DNA of 63,836 nt, filler included, from Acetivibrio sp. (GCF_035371925.1; 20 parts of 20 records of this genome joined end to end with filler, not necessarily neighbours in it); one strand, 5' to 3'. Numbered from the whole stretch's first letter, positions 18,476 to 28,408 are shown. Translations and numbers: made by a program. Notes: generated by a model from the letters alone, not told the origin.

Positions 18476-19665
18476 GCTTCATACGACCAGTTTTCAATGA
18501 AAATATCCAGCATGGACATAATCAACCGCACCAAAGGGTGGTTAACTATATCCACCTTTCTGTCAATAAAGCAGGGAATGCCATACTCGGCAAAAACAGC
18601 TTCAATCAGCTTCTCATAGCCGTCAAGGTTTCCGGCAACTACGGCAATTTCCCTGAAGCGCATTCCCCTGTCGCGACAAAGGCCGATAATGTCTCTTGCA
18701 CAGGCCTCAACTTCAGCAAAAATATTGACCGAAGAAAAAAGGGAAATATCCTTGGTTTTTTCATTATATGTCTTATACGGGTATGAATAAAGATACCGTT
18801 CAAGATGGGAAAGCTCAGGGCTTTTGCTAAAACGGAACAACGGTTTATTATTCAAAACAACCACGGGCTCCACAGGAATGCCGTCTTCCTTTGCCATTTT
18901 TACAAGCTTTCTGTATGCAGTTTTAATTGATGAAAAGATGTCGGTATCATTTAAGCCGCCGTCCAAACAGTCGGTACAGAAGCTTATGTTAACCCTTTGG
19001 GCTTTTCTCATAAGCTGCCCTATTATTTCATATTCCTGAGGGGTAAAGCCGGTAAAACCGTCAATCCAGATTTCAGCTCCGTCAAAAAGGGTAGTTGCGC
19101 CAATCTTTTTTGTTGCCAAAGCCAAATCATCATCCGGGTCCCTGTATCTTTCCTCAAGGGTCTTTTCAAACAGGTCATATATTTGAGTAAGCTCCGCAAG
19201 CTTTTCCCTTACAGGATTGTCCTCGTTAAGCTCTTTACTCACATTCTCCAAATCTTTAGGAGTAATATTATATTTTTTGAATTCAGTAATCAGAGTGGAC
19301 AATGTATTCACAAACCCTTGGCGGTCAGCAGCTTTGGAAAACACTCTAAAGCTACCCTTCATTTTATCCAAAATCCTGTAAAGAATCATGCATTTGCCCG
19401 CCGAGTGGATATAGGGATAGGTAATACCACCCGCTTCATTGAATGTTCTGTAAGCAATACGGCGAAAGCTCAGCACCTCAGTCTTTAGGATGCCTCCTGT
19501 CCCAAGTACGCTGATAAGGTCTCTTTCAGCTTGAAAGGTAAACTGCTCGGGAACAAGCAGAACCAAGGGATGCGTGACTTTAGCGTTAATCTTTGATTTT
19601 ATTTCCTCAAGGCAAAAACGGGTTTTCCCACTGCCCGCCCTGCCATATATAAACCTCAAACTCAT
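18476..19665 (-). CDS. addB: Helicase-exonuclease AddAB subunit B, N-terminal part
   Basis: MSLRFIYGRAGSGKT, LLVPEQFTFQAE, EVLSFRRIA, IWIDGFTGFTPQE. Confidence 0.93.
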
Positions 19666-20013
19666 ATGCTCCGACTCCAATGCTCATACAATGATTTTGA
19701 TTAATATTTATGAGTATATTCTATCATATATTTTCTATAAAGTGTTTTATTGACTTTCAATACTACATGCTATTGTCAAGAGAATAATCAAACTGCTTAG
19801 TATTTATGATAATTGTATCTTCTCCTATTGTTTCAACATAATCCGATAGTTTTCAATACCAACTATTTATATTTATGGGAATTATTGTTTTATGAATATT
19901 GTCATAAAAAATCTCCTTCTTAAACATCTTCTACAATTCTTGTCAAGAAGGAGATTTTAGAATTTTTTTATTCAAAAATCTAAACATTCTCTTTGCTTAA
20001 AAAAAAGAAGCAA

Positions 20014-20397
20014 CTATGTAAGATATGTTGCTATTTTCGCAAGGCACTCCTCAATTATTGCATTTATTTTTTCAATTTGAGCATCATTGGGATTATATTT
20101 TTTTAATATTTTTAGATTACGAGCCCTCCAATCCAACGATTTAATTTGATCTGTCAGAATAACCCCTTTTATTGGGTAACCATCATTATCAGGAGTTATT
20201 CCCTCGCTTGGTAATTCCACTTCAAAGGGATACCCTTTTTTATGGCTGGTAATCGGGCAAACAGCTACAAATCCTGTTACTTCATTAAATCTTTCAGGTG
20301 ATAAAACAATAGCATTTCTTCTTCCGGCTTGTTCATGTCCGGTTTGTGGAGTAAAATTTAAAACAATTAAGTCTCCTCTTCCAGGTATATTTTCCAT
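20014..20397 (-). CDS. mazF: PemK/MazF family endoribonuclease toxin
   Basis: PGRGDLIVLNFTPQTGHEQAGRRNAIVLS, CPITSHKKGYPFEV, VILTDQIKSLDWRAR. Confidence 0.95.
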   Translation of the reverse strand: MENIPGRGDLIVLNFTPQTGHEQAGRRNAIVLSPERFNEVTGFVAVCPITSHKKGYPFEVELPSEGITPDNDGYPIKGVILTDQIKSLDWRARNLKILKKYNPNDAQIEKINAIIEECLAKIATYLT

Positions 20398-20642
20398 TAA
20401 ATCAACTCACGTCCTTCAATTCCAAAGTCAATCTCTTCATGCCGATTTTCAGGAGTAACTTGGGACAACAGTTCTTCTAATGTGTATTTTTTTCGTATTC
20501 TTTTTGGTTTTAATGTGATTTCGTTTTCATTAGCATACAATTCGATCTCGGAACCTTGACTAATACCCAGCCTGTCAGCAGCTTCTTTCGGGATACGTAT
20601 TCCTATGCTGTTCCCCCACTTTTGGGCAATAACTGTAGACAT
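20397..20642 (-). CDS. mazE: AbrB/MazE family antitoxin
   Basis: AQKWGNSIGIRIP, YTLEELLSQVTPENRHEEIDFG; ATG at 20642 after AAGGAGG. Confidence 0.95.
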   Translation of the reverse strand: MSTVIAQKWGNSIGIRIPKEAADRLGISQGSEIELYANENEITLKPKRIRKKYTLEELLSQVTPENRHEEIDFGIEGRELI

Positions 20643-20713
20643 GCAATCGCCCTCCTTCGTTTGATTAATCTCGTTTTTAAAATACTCCTTTGAATTCATT
20701 ATATCACCTTCAA

Positions 20714-20748
20714 ATAAAAAAGTATATACATAGTATATACTTTTTTAT
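20714..20748. promoter_or_regulatory. Inverted-repeat operator upstream of mazEF
   Basis: ATAAAAAAGTATATAC-ATA-GTATATACTTTTTTAT; each GTATATAC half-site is itself palindromic. Confidence 0.7.
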
Positions 20749-20792
20749 AAAAAAGGTACGTTATTTGTGTATTCTTCTGATATTATTAGTAC

Positions 20793-21047
20793 ATAGCAGG
20801 CTTCTTCCCGTAATTTTCGTTGCCAATAAAAAATATGTGTAGTCGGTATTCTTTTACAATCATTTGTGTATTCATACAATCACTCCTATCTGGTTGAAAA
20901 AGTATATACACTTTTTACATTTTTTACACTCTGTACTTTTTAAACTTTTTGCGCATTTTAAAGTTTTTCTACTATTTTCAACCGATTTTTCATGATCGTA
21001 CTACTTTTAAGTTAGACATACCCTGCGCTAATCAAGTTTACGCTCAC
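20793..21047 (-). mobile_element. Internally deleted IS66-family relic (left end plus tnpA fragments)
   Basis: GTGAGCGT terminus at 21047; ATG at 20875 reads MNTQMIVKEYRL, then out of frame YWQRKLREEAC, recalling the two ends of IS66 TnpA. Confidence 0.5.
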
Positions 21048-21142
21048 GAACAATGCTAAGTAATCGATTCTATCTTCAAAGGAGTTTTTTACTTTATATT
21101 ATGATTCGCACGTAACTTTAATGTTAATGCTATTCTAAAATT

Positions 21143-21966
21143 GGTTCTTTCCAGAGTTAGTTGAAATAAGCATAAAAATATGATACAATAAATAAAAATT
21201 AAGTATAAGAAAAGAGACTATATTCCATGGATAAGTTCATCAAGCAATTAGATCCAAACTTAGACTATATTAGTTATGAAATAGATGATAACAAATGCTA
21301 TATAACAGTAGCTTCCAATCGCAAAGAAGTAATATGTCCGTTTTGTGGTCGGCCATCATCAAGAATACATTCTACATATAACAGAACCTTTCAGGACCTT
21401 CCAATACAAGGTAATAAGGTATTTATTATTATACGTAACAGAAAAATGTTTTGCGATAATTCTGATTGTAATCATACTACTTTTGCAGAAAGGTTTGATT
21501 TTATCTCTTATAAAGCGAAGAAAACTCGTCGTCTTGAAGATGAAATTGTACGATTGTCAATAAATTGCAGTTCCATTGCAGCATCAAAAGTACTAAAGGA
21601 AAATGTTGTAGACATCGGTAAAAGTACAGTTTGCAATCTCTTAAAAAAAAGAAACACCAGTTGTTGAAAAAAAGACAGTAACAGCTGTTTGCATTGATGA
21701 TTTTGCTATTAAGAAGCGTAAAAGCTATGGAACAGTCATGGTAGATATTTTTACGCATCAAATACTTGATATGATTGACTCAAGGGATTATGAGACTGTT
21801 TGCGAGTGGTTAAAAACATATCCAAATCTTCGTGTGATATCAAGAGATGGATCTGTTACCTATAATAATGCAATTACAAATGCACACCCGAGAGCTTTAC
21901 AAGTAAGTGGTCGTTTTCATTTACTGAAGAATCTGACTTCCTATGTAACAGAGTATCTAAAAAAGA
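21143..21966 (+). mobile_element. ISL3-family element, left end plus frameshifted transposase (21227 to contig end)
   Basis: GGTTCT terminus; CPFCG..HSTYNRTFQDLP, RKMFCDNSDC; after the A8 run VCIDDFAIKKRKSYGTVMVDI, ISRDGS. Confidence 0.9.
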
Positions 21967-22066
21967 NNNNNNNNNNNNNNNNNNNNNNNNNNNNNNNNNN
22001 NNNNNNNNNNTTAATTAATTAANNNNNNNNNNNNNNNNNNNNNNNNNNNNNNNNNNNNNNNNNNNN

Positions 22067-22214
22067 GACCGACAACATGAAAAAACCAGACTTTGTTGAC
22101 CATCATGACCACTTCATCAACTCTACGCCCGAATCCGAATGGCGTTCCTGTTTGGAGCACGCGGAGAGAATCGGTTTGGGTACCCGGGATTATGAGCTGA
22201 TTGTAGTTAAATAA
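22067..22214 (+). CDS. C-terminal fragment of a DUF362-like (Fe-S) protein
   Basis: Manual translation ..STPESEWRSCLEHAERIGLGTRDYELIVVK*. Confidence 0.55.
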
Positions 22215-22274
22215 ACTGTAGGGTCGAATATAAAAACTGTGGGGTACATTTATTTTCAGTTGGTCTCATCCAAT

Positions 22275-22355
22275 ACACAATGGAGACGGTTGTTCTTCTG
22301 TCCCACAATAACTCCAGATGATTTTATCCGTGTAAAAATAGAAATAGGCAGATGA
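22275..22355 (+). repeat. Degenerate copy of the rlmD (rumA) 3' end, att-like relic 1
   Basis: ACACAATGGAGACGGTTGTTCTTCTGTCCCAC encodes (H)xETVVLLSH; with a frameshift it continues PDDFIRVKIEIG. Confidence 0.6.
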
Positions 22356-22381
22356 TGCCATGACAATATAAAGAAAAAGGA

Positions 22382-22516
22382 ATGACTCAGGTTATTCTTG
22401 GGTGTTATAAAGATAACATGGCATCGGTAGCAACAATTAAAAATAATGGTGGAATTCTTGTTGCTGAGACCAAGAGTGAAGGCAAAGTCAGCCAGTATTA
22501 TATAGTCAAACTTTAG
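22382..22516 (+). pseudogene. C-terminal relic of a GNAT acetyltransferase
   Basis: VILGCYKDNMASVATIKNNGGILVAE...YYIVKL* matches the GNAT C-terminal N.AS...I.KNGG pattern; no upstream domain. Confidence 0.6.
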
Positions 22517-22730
22517 AGCAAAATAAGTTTTTTATGCATTGATAAGCAAAAGCGCTTTTTCAAGAGATGCTTATGAACATGGACTCGAAAACAAGAACAA
22601 TGGAACGGTGCAAATATTGGATAATTTAATAAAAGAATTTTATTGCTATTACAGGTTTGAACAATAAGGTGAATAGAACTCGAGGATTTAGACAGGAGAA
22701 CCATCCCCTTGTCTAGAGAAAGGAGGACAT

Positions 22731-23441
22731 ATGAATATCAGTGATTATAAAAAGTATATTTCGGCAGAAACAATGATGGGACCAAACTGCGTAAGGCTTC
22801 TTGGAGAGTTATTCGACAAATATCCTTTGCAACTTACATCAGATGATTTAGTTCTTGATTTGGGATGCGGAACGGGGTTGACGAGTCTTGTGATTGCAAA
22901 AGAGACTGGAGCAAAGGTCTATGCAAATGACCTCTGGGTAAGTGCAGAAGAAAATGGGAAACGATTTGCTGAATGGGGGATTTATGGACAGGTAACACCT
23001 ATTTGCGAAGATGCGAATAATTTGCATTTTAATGAAAGGCAATTCAATGCTTTGGTTAGCATTGATTCATATCATTATTTTGCAGGTGAGCAGGGATTTT
23101 TCCAAGAAAAAATTCTTCCATTTATGAAAGATGGTGGAGTGATTTTAATCGGTATTCCTGGCTTGAAGGATGAATACTCAGGCCGCTCCGAAGAACTTCT
23201 ATCCGATTGGCTTGGTAAGGAAGCCTATATGTTTAAAAGTCCAAAACACTGGAAAAAGCTTATTGGCAGCCATGACAGAATTGAATCAGTGGTAACATGG
23301 GAAATGGCTTGCTTTGAAGAAGCATGGAATGAGTGGCTTGCAATTGATAATGAGTATGCACACAGCGACAGGCAATACTTTGAAACAATTATCAAGCCTT
23401 ATACTTGCTTTGTTGGTATATATGTAAAGTTAAAAAGGTAA
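22731..23441 (+). CDS. Class I SAM-dependent methyltransferase
   Basis: VLDLGCGTGLTS, CEDANNL, SIDSYHYF; AAAGGAGG RBS. Confidence 0.92.
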   Translation: MNISDYKKYISAETMMGPNCVRLLGELFDKYPLQLTSDDLVLDLGCGTGLTSLVIAKETGAKVYANDLWVSAEENGKRFAEWGIYGQVTPICEDANNLHFNERQFNALVSIDSYHYFAGEQGFFQEKILPFMKDGGVILIGIPGLKDEYSGRSEELLSDWLGKEAYMFKSPKHWKKLIGSHDRIESVVTWEMACFEEAWNEWLAIDNEYAHSDRQYFETIIKPYTCFVGIYVKLKR

Positions 23442-23524
23442 TGGAAGGCTAATCTGGAACTTTGAAAACAATGGATATATATTGCCATGCAGCATGGTAG
23501 GTTGACATCAATTCCATCAACTTG

Positions 23525-23566
23525 ACCCATGTGGAGACGGTGGTATTGATAACGAAAGACAAATGA
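23525..23566 (+). repeat. Copy of the rlmD (rumA) 3' end, att-like relic 2
   Basis: ACC CAT GTG GAG ACG GTG GTA TTG ATA ACG AAA GAC AAA TGA = THVETVVLITKDK*; shares TGGAGACGGT with relic 1. Confidence 0.7.
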
Positions 23567-23647
23567 TTAAGGAGAGCAATATGAAAATTGACAAGAATAT
23601 ATCCGTTTGATATAAGAAATATGAGGAAAAACGAGATGGAGAAAAAG

Positions 23648-24433
23648 ATGGATATTATCAGGTGTTTGTTAAAGATCATAATGTGGTTCTTAATAGCAGA
23701 GTTTGGATGCAATTTTATTATGCAAACAATAAGCTATTCATTTTATAAAAACGCAAAAAAGATGACAGATATTTCTTGTAGCCCGCAATTTATTCAGTTT
23801 AAAGAAACATTAACAGGTTATGGCAATAATCTTGATTCAAAAAATAACAATAAAGTTATATTGTTTTTTGGCGGTTCTAATTATATAGCATACAATTCTG
23901 TTGGAAAATACTCCACTAAATTTGATTACCCTTTTATTTCAGTGGATTATTACGGAACTCAGGCTAGCAGCGGTAAAATGAATTTAAAAACGATGAAGCA
24001 ATCCGCTGAGGACTTATATGAATGGACAAGGAATCACTATCCCGATAGTGAGATTATAATAATTGGACATAGTTATGGAGCAGGAATGGCAACATATCTT
24101 GCAAGCGTCAGGGAATGTCACTCTTTGTTTATCGTTGCAGGATACAGAGACATTTCGGATTTATATAATAAAATTATTCCCATCTTCTGGGGACCATTAA
24201 AGGTATTTATTTCAAATAATATACGTACTGCAGAATATGCTGAAAATGTAGAATGTCCGGTTTATATTATCGGGTCTTCCGGTGATAAAGTTTTAAGTTT
24301 TTCTTTACAAGAAAAACTTTCATGCAGTTTCAAAAATCCTAAAATAAAAATATTTGATAATATTGCTCATGAAGATTATTTTTTTTCGGACAATGTAATT
24401 GATTATATAAACCAAGTGACGCACAGTAAATGA
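23648..24433 (+). CDS. Membrane-anchored alpha/beta hydrolase
   Basis: N-terminal TM, FFGGS, DYYGTQAS, GHSYG nucleophile elbow, D (GDKV), H (IAHED); ATG at 23648 after GGAG. Confidence 0.85.
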   Translation: MDIIRCLLKIIMWFLIAEFGCNFIMQTISYSFYKNAKKMTDISCSPQFIQFKETLTGYGNNLDSKNNNKVILFFGGSNYIAYNSVGKYSTKFDYPFISVDYYGTQASSGKMNLKTMKQSAEDLYEWTRNHYPDSEIIIIGHSYGAGMATYLASVRECHSLFIVAGYRDISDLYNKIIPIFWGPLKVFISNNIRTAEYAENVECPVYIIGSSGDKVLSFSLQEKLSCSFKNPKIKIFDNIAHEDYFFSDNVIDYINQVTHSK

Positions 24434-24566
24434 TTGCTAAGGGTGAATGGGATGTTTCAAAGATTCACTTACTTCACGCTATTTACCCCCTACAAAACAT
24501 GAAAAAAATGGCAGTAATATGTTATATTTTCTATTGACTGAAATAAAATTTAAGGGGGAAATTGCC

Positions 24567-25206
24567 GTGAGCATGGTACAAAGAATAAAGTGTGGCCTCG
24601 TGAATTGCTATATAGTGTCTGATGGAGATTCAGGCATATTGATAGATACCGGAAATAAGGGTTATCTGAATACTGTCATTAAAGCTTGCAAGCCCTATAA
24701 GATTAAATTGATTGTGTTGACACATGCTCATTGTGATCACGCAGAAAACGCTGCCGACCTATCGGAAATACTTGGGGCTCCAATTGCCATGCATAAAGAT
24801 GATGTAAATTTAATTGAATCGAATAATAACCAATCGTTGTCAGCCAAAGCTTTTTTGGGAAAGGATTATATTATCTGCCTCTCTTAAAGAGTTCTCAAGA
24901 AGCAAAATGAAAGCCTTTACTCCATCTGTCTTTTTGAAAGACGGAGATGATTTAGCGGAATATGGCATTTCGGCAAAAGTTGTCGGTTTACCGGGACACA
25001 CGAAAAGTTCCATAGGTATTGATATTGATGAAAAAGAACTTATAGTGGGCGATGCGCTAATGAATATGTTTTATCCTTCTGTTTCAATGTTATATAATGA
25101 TGAAAAGACTATGCTGGACAGCGCCAAAAAAATAACTGGGCTTGGAGAACGAATTATTCATTTCGGTCACGGAAAGCCGGTGCAAAACAAGGTATGGGTG
25201 AAATAA
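24567..25206 (+). pseudogene. MBL-fold metallo-hydrolase, frameshifted near 24850-24864
   Basis: IDTG, THAHCDH in frame 1; PGHTKSS, VGDAL, HFGHG in the other frame; one extra base joins them. Confidence 0.8.
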
Positions 25207-25394
25207 GAATTATAATTATAAGAAAATTGGCAAATATATATTTGTGGAGGACGTAGTATTTAGAGAAATTTTTCAGGGGTTTATGCCACATATGCTTGAC
25301 TTCTCCAGAAAGTGGGCTTAACAATAAAAAATTCTATTGACAGGGCAAGTCGAGATGTATTAAAATATAAAGTAAAAAAATAGTAATAAATTGT

Positions 25395-25507
25395 AACAAA
25401 GCGATGACGAAGAGAAGTAACATGAATTATCGTTCACAGTGAGCGGGGAATAGTGAGAACCCTGTAAAGTGAATTCATGCGAATAACACTTCACCAGCTT
25501 CAATCTG
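25395..25507 (+). promoter_or_regulatory. T-box riboswitch Stem I (rest cut by contig end); specifier probably AAC (Asn)
   Basis: GCGATGACGAAGAGAAGTAA 5' strand, GAG..GGG..GTGAGAACCC distal motifs, GAA-T-AAC-A-CTTC specifier loop; TTGACA promoter upstream. Confidence 0.8.
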
Positions 25508-25611
25508 NNNNNNNNNNNNNNNNNNNNNNNNNNNNNNNNNNNNNNNNNNNNTTAATTAATTAANNNNNNNNNNNNNNNNNNNNNNNNNNNNNNNNNNNNN
25601 NNNNNNNACAA

Positions 25612-25660
25612 TAGGTTTAAGAAATTTTATTTAGAACCGATACTTTTTGTGGGATAATCA
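25612..25660 (-). mobile_element. Terminus of a multicopy element (IS3-family-like), copy 2
   Basis: Exact reverse complement of 18327-18375. Confidence 0.6.
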
Positions 25661-25746
25661 CTCTATTATACAATTCTTTTTTGTCAGCAAGCATAGATAT
25701 ATTTATGGAAGGATAGACCATATTATTATAAATGTGAGGTAATGCT

Positions 25747-27117
25747 ATGATGAATACAGGTTTTAATGAATTCGAAAAGAGCAAGTTGGAAGAATTGACT
25801 GAATTGGCGAAGAAATGCAGCTATATTGATCTGGAGCTTTTTGTCAAATACCAGGTAAAGCGCGGGCTGAGAGATTTGGATGGTAAGGGCGTGCTTGTAG
25901 GTTTGACGGAGATTGGTGAAGTTCATTCGTACATAATTGATGAAAACGAAATAGTACCTGTTCCCGGAAGATTGATTTACAGAGGGATAGATATTTTTGA
26001 TTTGGTTGACGGTTTTATCGGTGAGGGACGTTTTGGCTTCGAAGAGACGGTATATTTGCTGCTTTTTGGTGATTTGCCGAACAAAGAGCAGCTGGGCGAA
26101 TTTGAAAAGCTTCTGGCTTCATACCGCGAACTTCCGGAAAAGTTTCTCAAGGATATGATTTTAAATCTCCCGGGCAAGAATATCATGAACGTATTGGCAA
26201 GAAGCGTACTGGCCTACTACAGTTATGACTGCAATCCGGACGATACTTCGGTCAATAATGTTTTAAAGCAGTGCATACGATTGATTGCATGCATGCCAAC
26301 AATCGCCGTTTATGCTTATCAGGCATTGTCCCATTATTATGACAAAAAGAGTCTGGTCATTCACCCTCCAAGGCCGGATTTGAGTACGGCGGAAAATATC
26401 TTACATATGTTAAGGCCCGACAGCAAATATACCGAGCTGGAGGCTAGATTGCTTGACCTTTCCCTTGTATTGCATGCAGAGCATGGAGGAGGTAACAATT
26501 CAACCTTTGTAACGCATGTGGTTACATCTTCCGGCACAGACACATACTCTGTTATCGCAGCAGCGCTCGGTTCTTTGAAAGGTCCGAGACACGGAGGCGC
26601 AAATATTAAGGTTTGTGAGATGTTTGAAGACTTGAAGCAAAATGTCAAGGACTTGAAGGATGACGAAGAGGTTGAAAACTACTTGATAAAGCTTTTAAAT
26701 AAAGAAGCCTTTGACCGTTCAGGGCTGATTTACGGAATAGGTCATGCAGTTTATTCCATATCCGACCCGAGATGCCTCCTTCTTAAGGAGCAGGCAGAAA
26801 AGCTTGCCAAGGAAAAAGGTTTGGAGGATGAATTTGAGCTTTATGAAAGGGTAGAAAGATTGGCTCCCCAAATTATTGGAAGGGTTCGCAAAATGTACAA
26901 GGGCGTAAGCGCCAATGTGGATTTCTATTCGGGTTTTGTTTATAAAATGTTGAACCTTCCTTTGGAATTGTATACTCCGATTTTTGCCATCTCCAGAATG
27001 GCCGGTTGGGCTGCCCACCGCATAGAGGAGATTGTTAATGCAGGAAAAATCATAAGGCCGGCCTACAAGAGTGTTGCCGGAAGGCGTGAGTATGTTGCAA
27101 TGAAGGATCGAAAATAG
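25747..27117 (+). CDS. gltA: Citrate synthase
   Basis: GRLIYRG, LHAEHGGGNNST, LKGPRHGGAN, GIGHAVY, NVDFYSG. Confidence 0.95.
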   Translation: MMNTGFNEFEKSKLEELTELAKKCSYIDLELFVKYQVKRGLRDLDGKGVLVGLTEIGEVHSYIIDENEIVPVPGRLIYRGIDIFDLVDGFIGEGRFGFEETVYLLLFGDLPNKEQLGEFEKLLASYRELPEKFLKDMILNLPGKNIMNVLARSVLAYYSYDCNPDDTSVNNVLKQCIRLIACMPTIAVYAYQALSHYYDKKSLVIHPPRPDLSTAENILHMLRPDSKYTELEARLLDLSLVLHAEHGGGNNSTFVTHVVTSSGTDTYSVIAAALGSLKGPRHGGANIKVCEMFEDLKQNVKDLKDDEEVENYLIKLLNKEAFDRSGLIYGIGHAVYSISDPRCLLLKEQAEKLAKEKGLEDEFELYERVERLAPQIIGRVRKMYKGVSANVDFYSGFVYKMLNLPLELYTPIFAISRMAGWAAHRIEEIVNAGKIIRPAYKSVAGRREYVAMKDRK

Positions 27118-27136
27118 GAAAATGTCAAAACAGTAT

Positions 27137-27169
27137 AAAAAAAGCCGCGAAACTTAGCGGCTTTTTTTA
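27137..27169. terminator. Bidirectional rho-independent terminator between convergent genes
   Basis: A-run-GCCGC-GAAACTTA-GCGGC-T-run. Confidence 0.85.
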
Positions 27170-27187
27170 TATAAGTAACTTTAGAAG

Positions 27188-28408
27188 TTAATTTATAGTA
27201 CGCTGACTCTCCAGTAAATGTTGGATGAACAGGTCAATATGTTCTTTTGAAACATGCTGCATGATTATAATGTGGGCTTTATCTCCTTCGCAAGCTAGAG
27301 ACCAGTAATTGCATATTGCATCGTTTGGTCTGTCTATTACAATGGTATTTGACCATGGATTTACGAAGTTATTCCAGCCGATAGAATCCAATCTGGCTTT
27401 GGCATATTCGGTAACTTTCATACATTGTTTAACATCCTGTTTGAATCCTTCCACACCTTTGCGGTTTACCTGATACCAAAGAAGCAATGAAGAAAGCCCA
27501 TTGCGGCAACCGCTTATAGTGGTATCTTTTGTACCTACATAGGATACATCCGAGGTTTCAAGGATTTTTTGTATGTATTTTCTTTTTGTTTGTATGTATT
27601 TTCTTTTTGTAAGGAAGATACCTGCCGGCATAGGACAACCTATAAATTTATGACCGCTTATCGCAATGGAGTCTATGGGCAGAGTCTCAAAATTAAGCTC
27701 CGGTCCGTTTTCCATAAACGGTATCATACCGCCGAAAAGTGCCCCGTCATAGTGAATATGATACTCTTTGATATTATGTTTTTCAAATAAATCAACAATG
27801 GTTTTTACGTTATCAATGGCTCCGGTCATGGTTGTACCCAATGTTGCAACAAGCAATACCGGCTTGTTGCCGTTTTTTAGAATTCGTTCAATTAGTGCAT
27901 CATAATTGAACTCGCCATTGGGCTGGGATGGAACTACCTCACCCGGCTTGCCCAATATCCATGCATTTTTCTTTATGCTGTAATGACTTGCCTCGGAGAA
28001 ATAAAACACTCCGTCGGGATAGCGCTCGCGCGCAACCAACATTCCGCAAAGGTTCCCCTCGGTGCCGCCGTTTCCTATGTAACCCCAGGTTTCTTCCCAT
28101 GGAAGTTTGTACACATCTGCGAAGAACTTTAAAACTTCCCGTTCCTGCTTCTTTGTGTCAATATTGACAGTAGAAGAATAAAAAGCGTCACCAAGATTGT
28201 TGGGCTGCAAGTTTAGAAATTTACCTAATTCAGCATATTCCAAACTTAAATTGAATGGGTATCCGAGATAATGCTGGTGTTTATCATATAAATCTTCATA
28301 AATTCTATCAATTTCTTTAAGTAAACATTCATTATTATTTGATTTAAATTCAGTAGCAATAGTAGAATCAAGCATTGAATCGAAAAACAAATTTTGATCT
28401 GTTGCCAT
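27188..28408 (-). CDS. PLP-dependent group II decarboxylase (histidine/serine decarboxylase clade)
   Basis: LGYPFN, NNLGD, GGTEGNL, SHYSIKK, HYDGALFGG, SGHKFIG (PLP lysine), SGCRNG; ATG at 28408. Confidence 0.88.
   Translation of the reverse strand: MATDQNLFFDSMLDSTIATEFKSNNNECLLKEIDRIYEDLYDKHQHYLGYPFNLSLEYAELGKFLNLQPNNLGDAFYSSTVNIDTKKQEREVLKFFADVYKLPWEETWGYIGNGGTEGNLCGMLVARERYPDGVFYFSEASHYSIKKNAWILGKPGEVVPSQPNGEFNYDALIERILKNGNKPVLLVATLGTTMTGAIDNVKTIVDLFEKHNIKEYHIHYDGALFGGMIPFMENGPELNFETLPIDSIAISGHKFIGCPMPAGIFLTKRKYIQTKRKYIQKILETSDVSYVGTKDTTISGCRNGLSSLLLWYQVNRKGVEGFKQDVKQCMKVTEYAKARLDSIGWNNFVNPWSNTIVIDRPNDAICNYWSLACEGDKAHIIIMQHVSKEHIDLFIQHLLESQRTIN
27568..27610. repeat. In-frame 21-nt tandem duplication inside the decarboxylase
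   Basis: TTTGTATGTATTTTCTTTTTG twice; protein TKRKYIQ-TKRKYIQ. Confidence 0.95.

Noticed and set aside
23581..23640. ATG at 23581 with a strong RBS as the hydrolase start
   Set aside because: That frame stops after 9 codons. It may be a relic of another gene, but the hydrolase frame has its own RBS and ATG at 23648.
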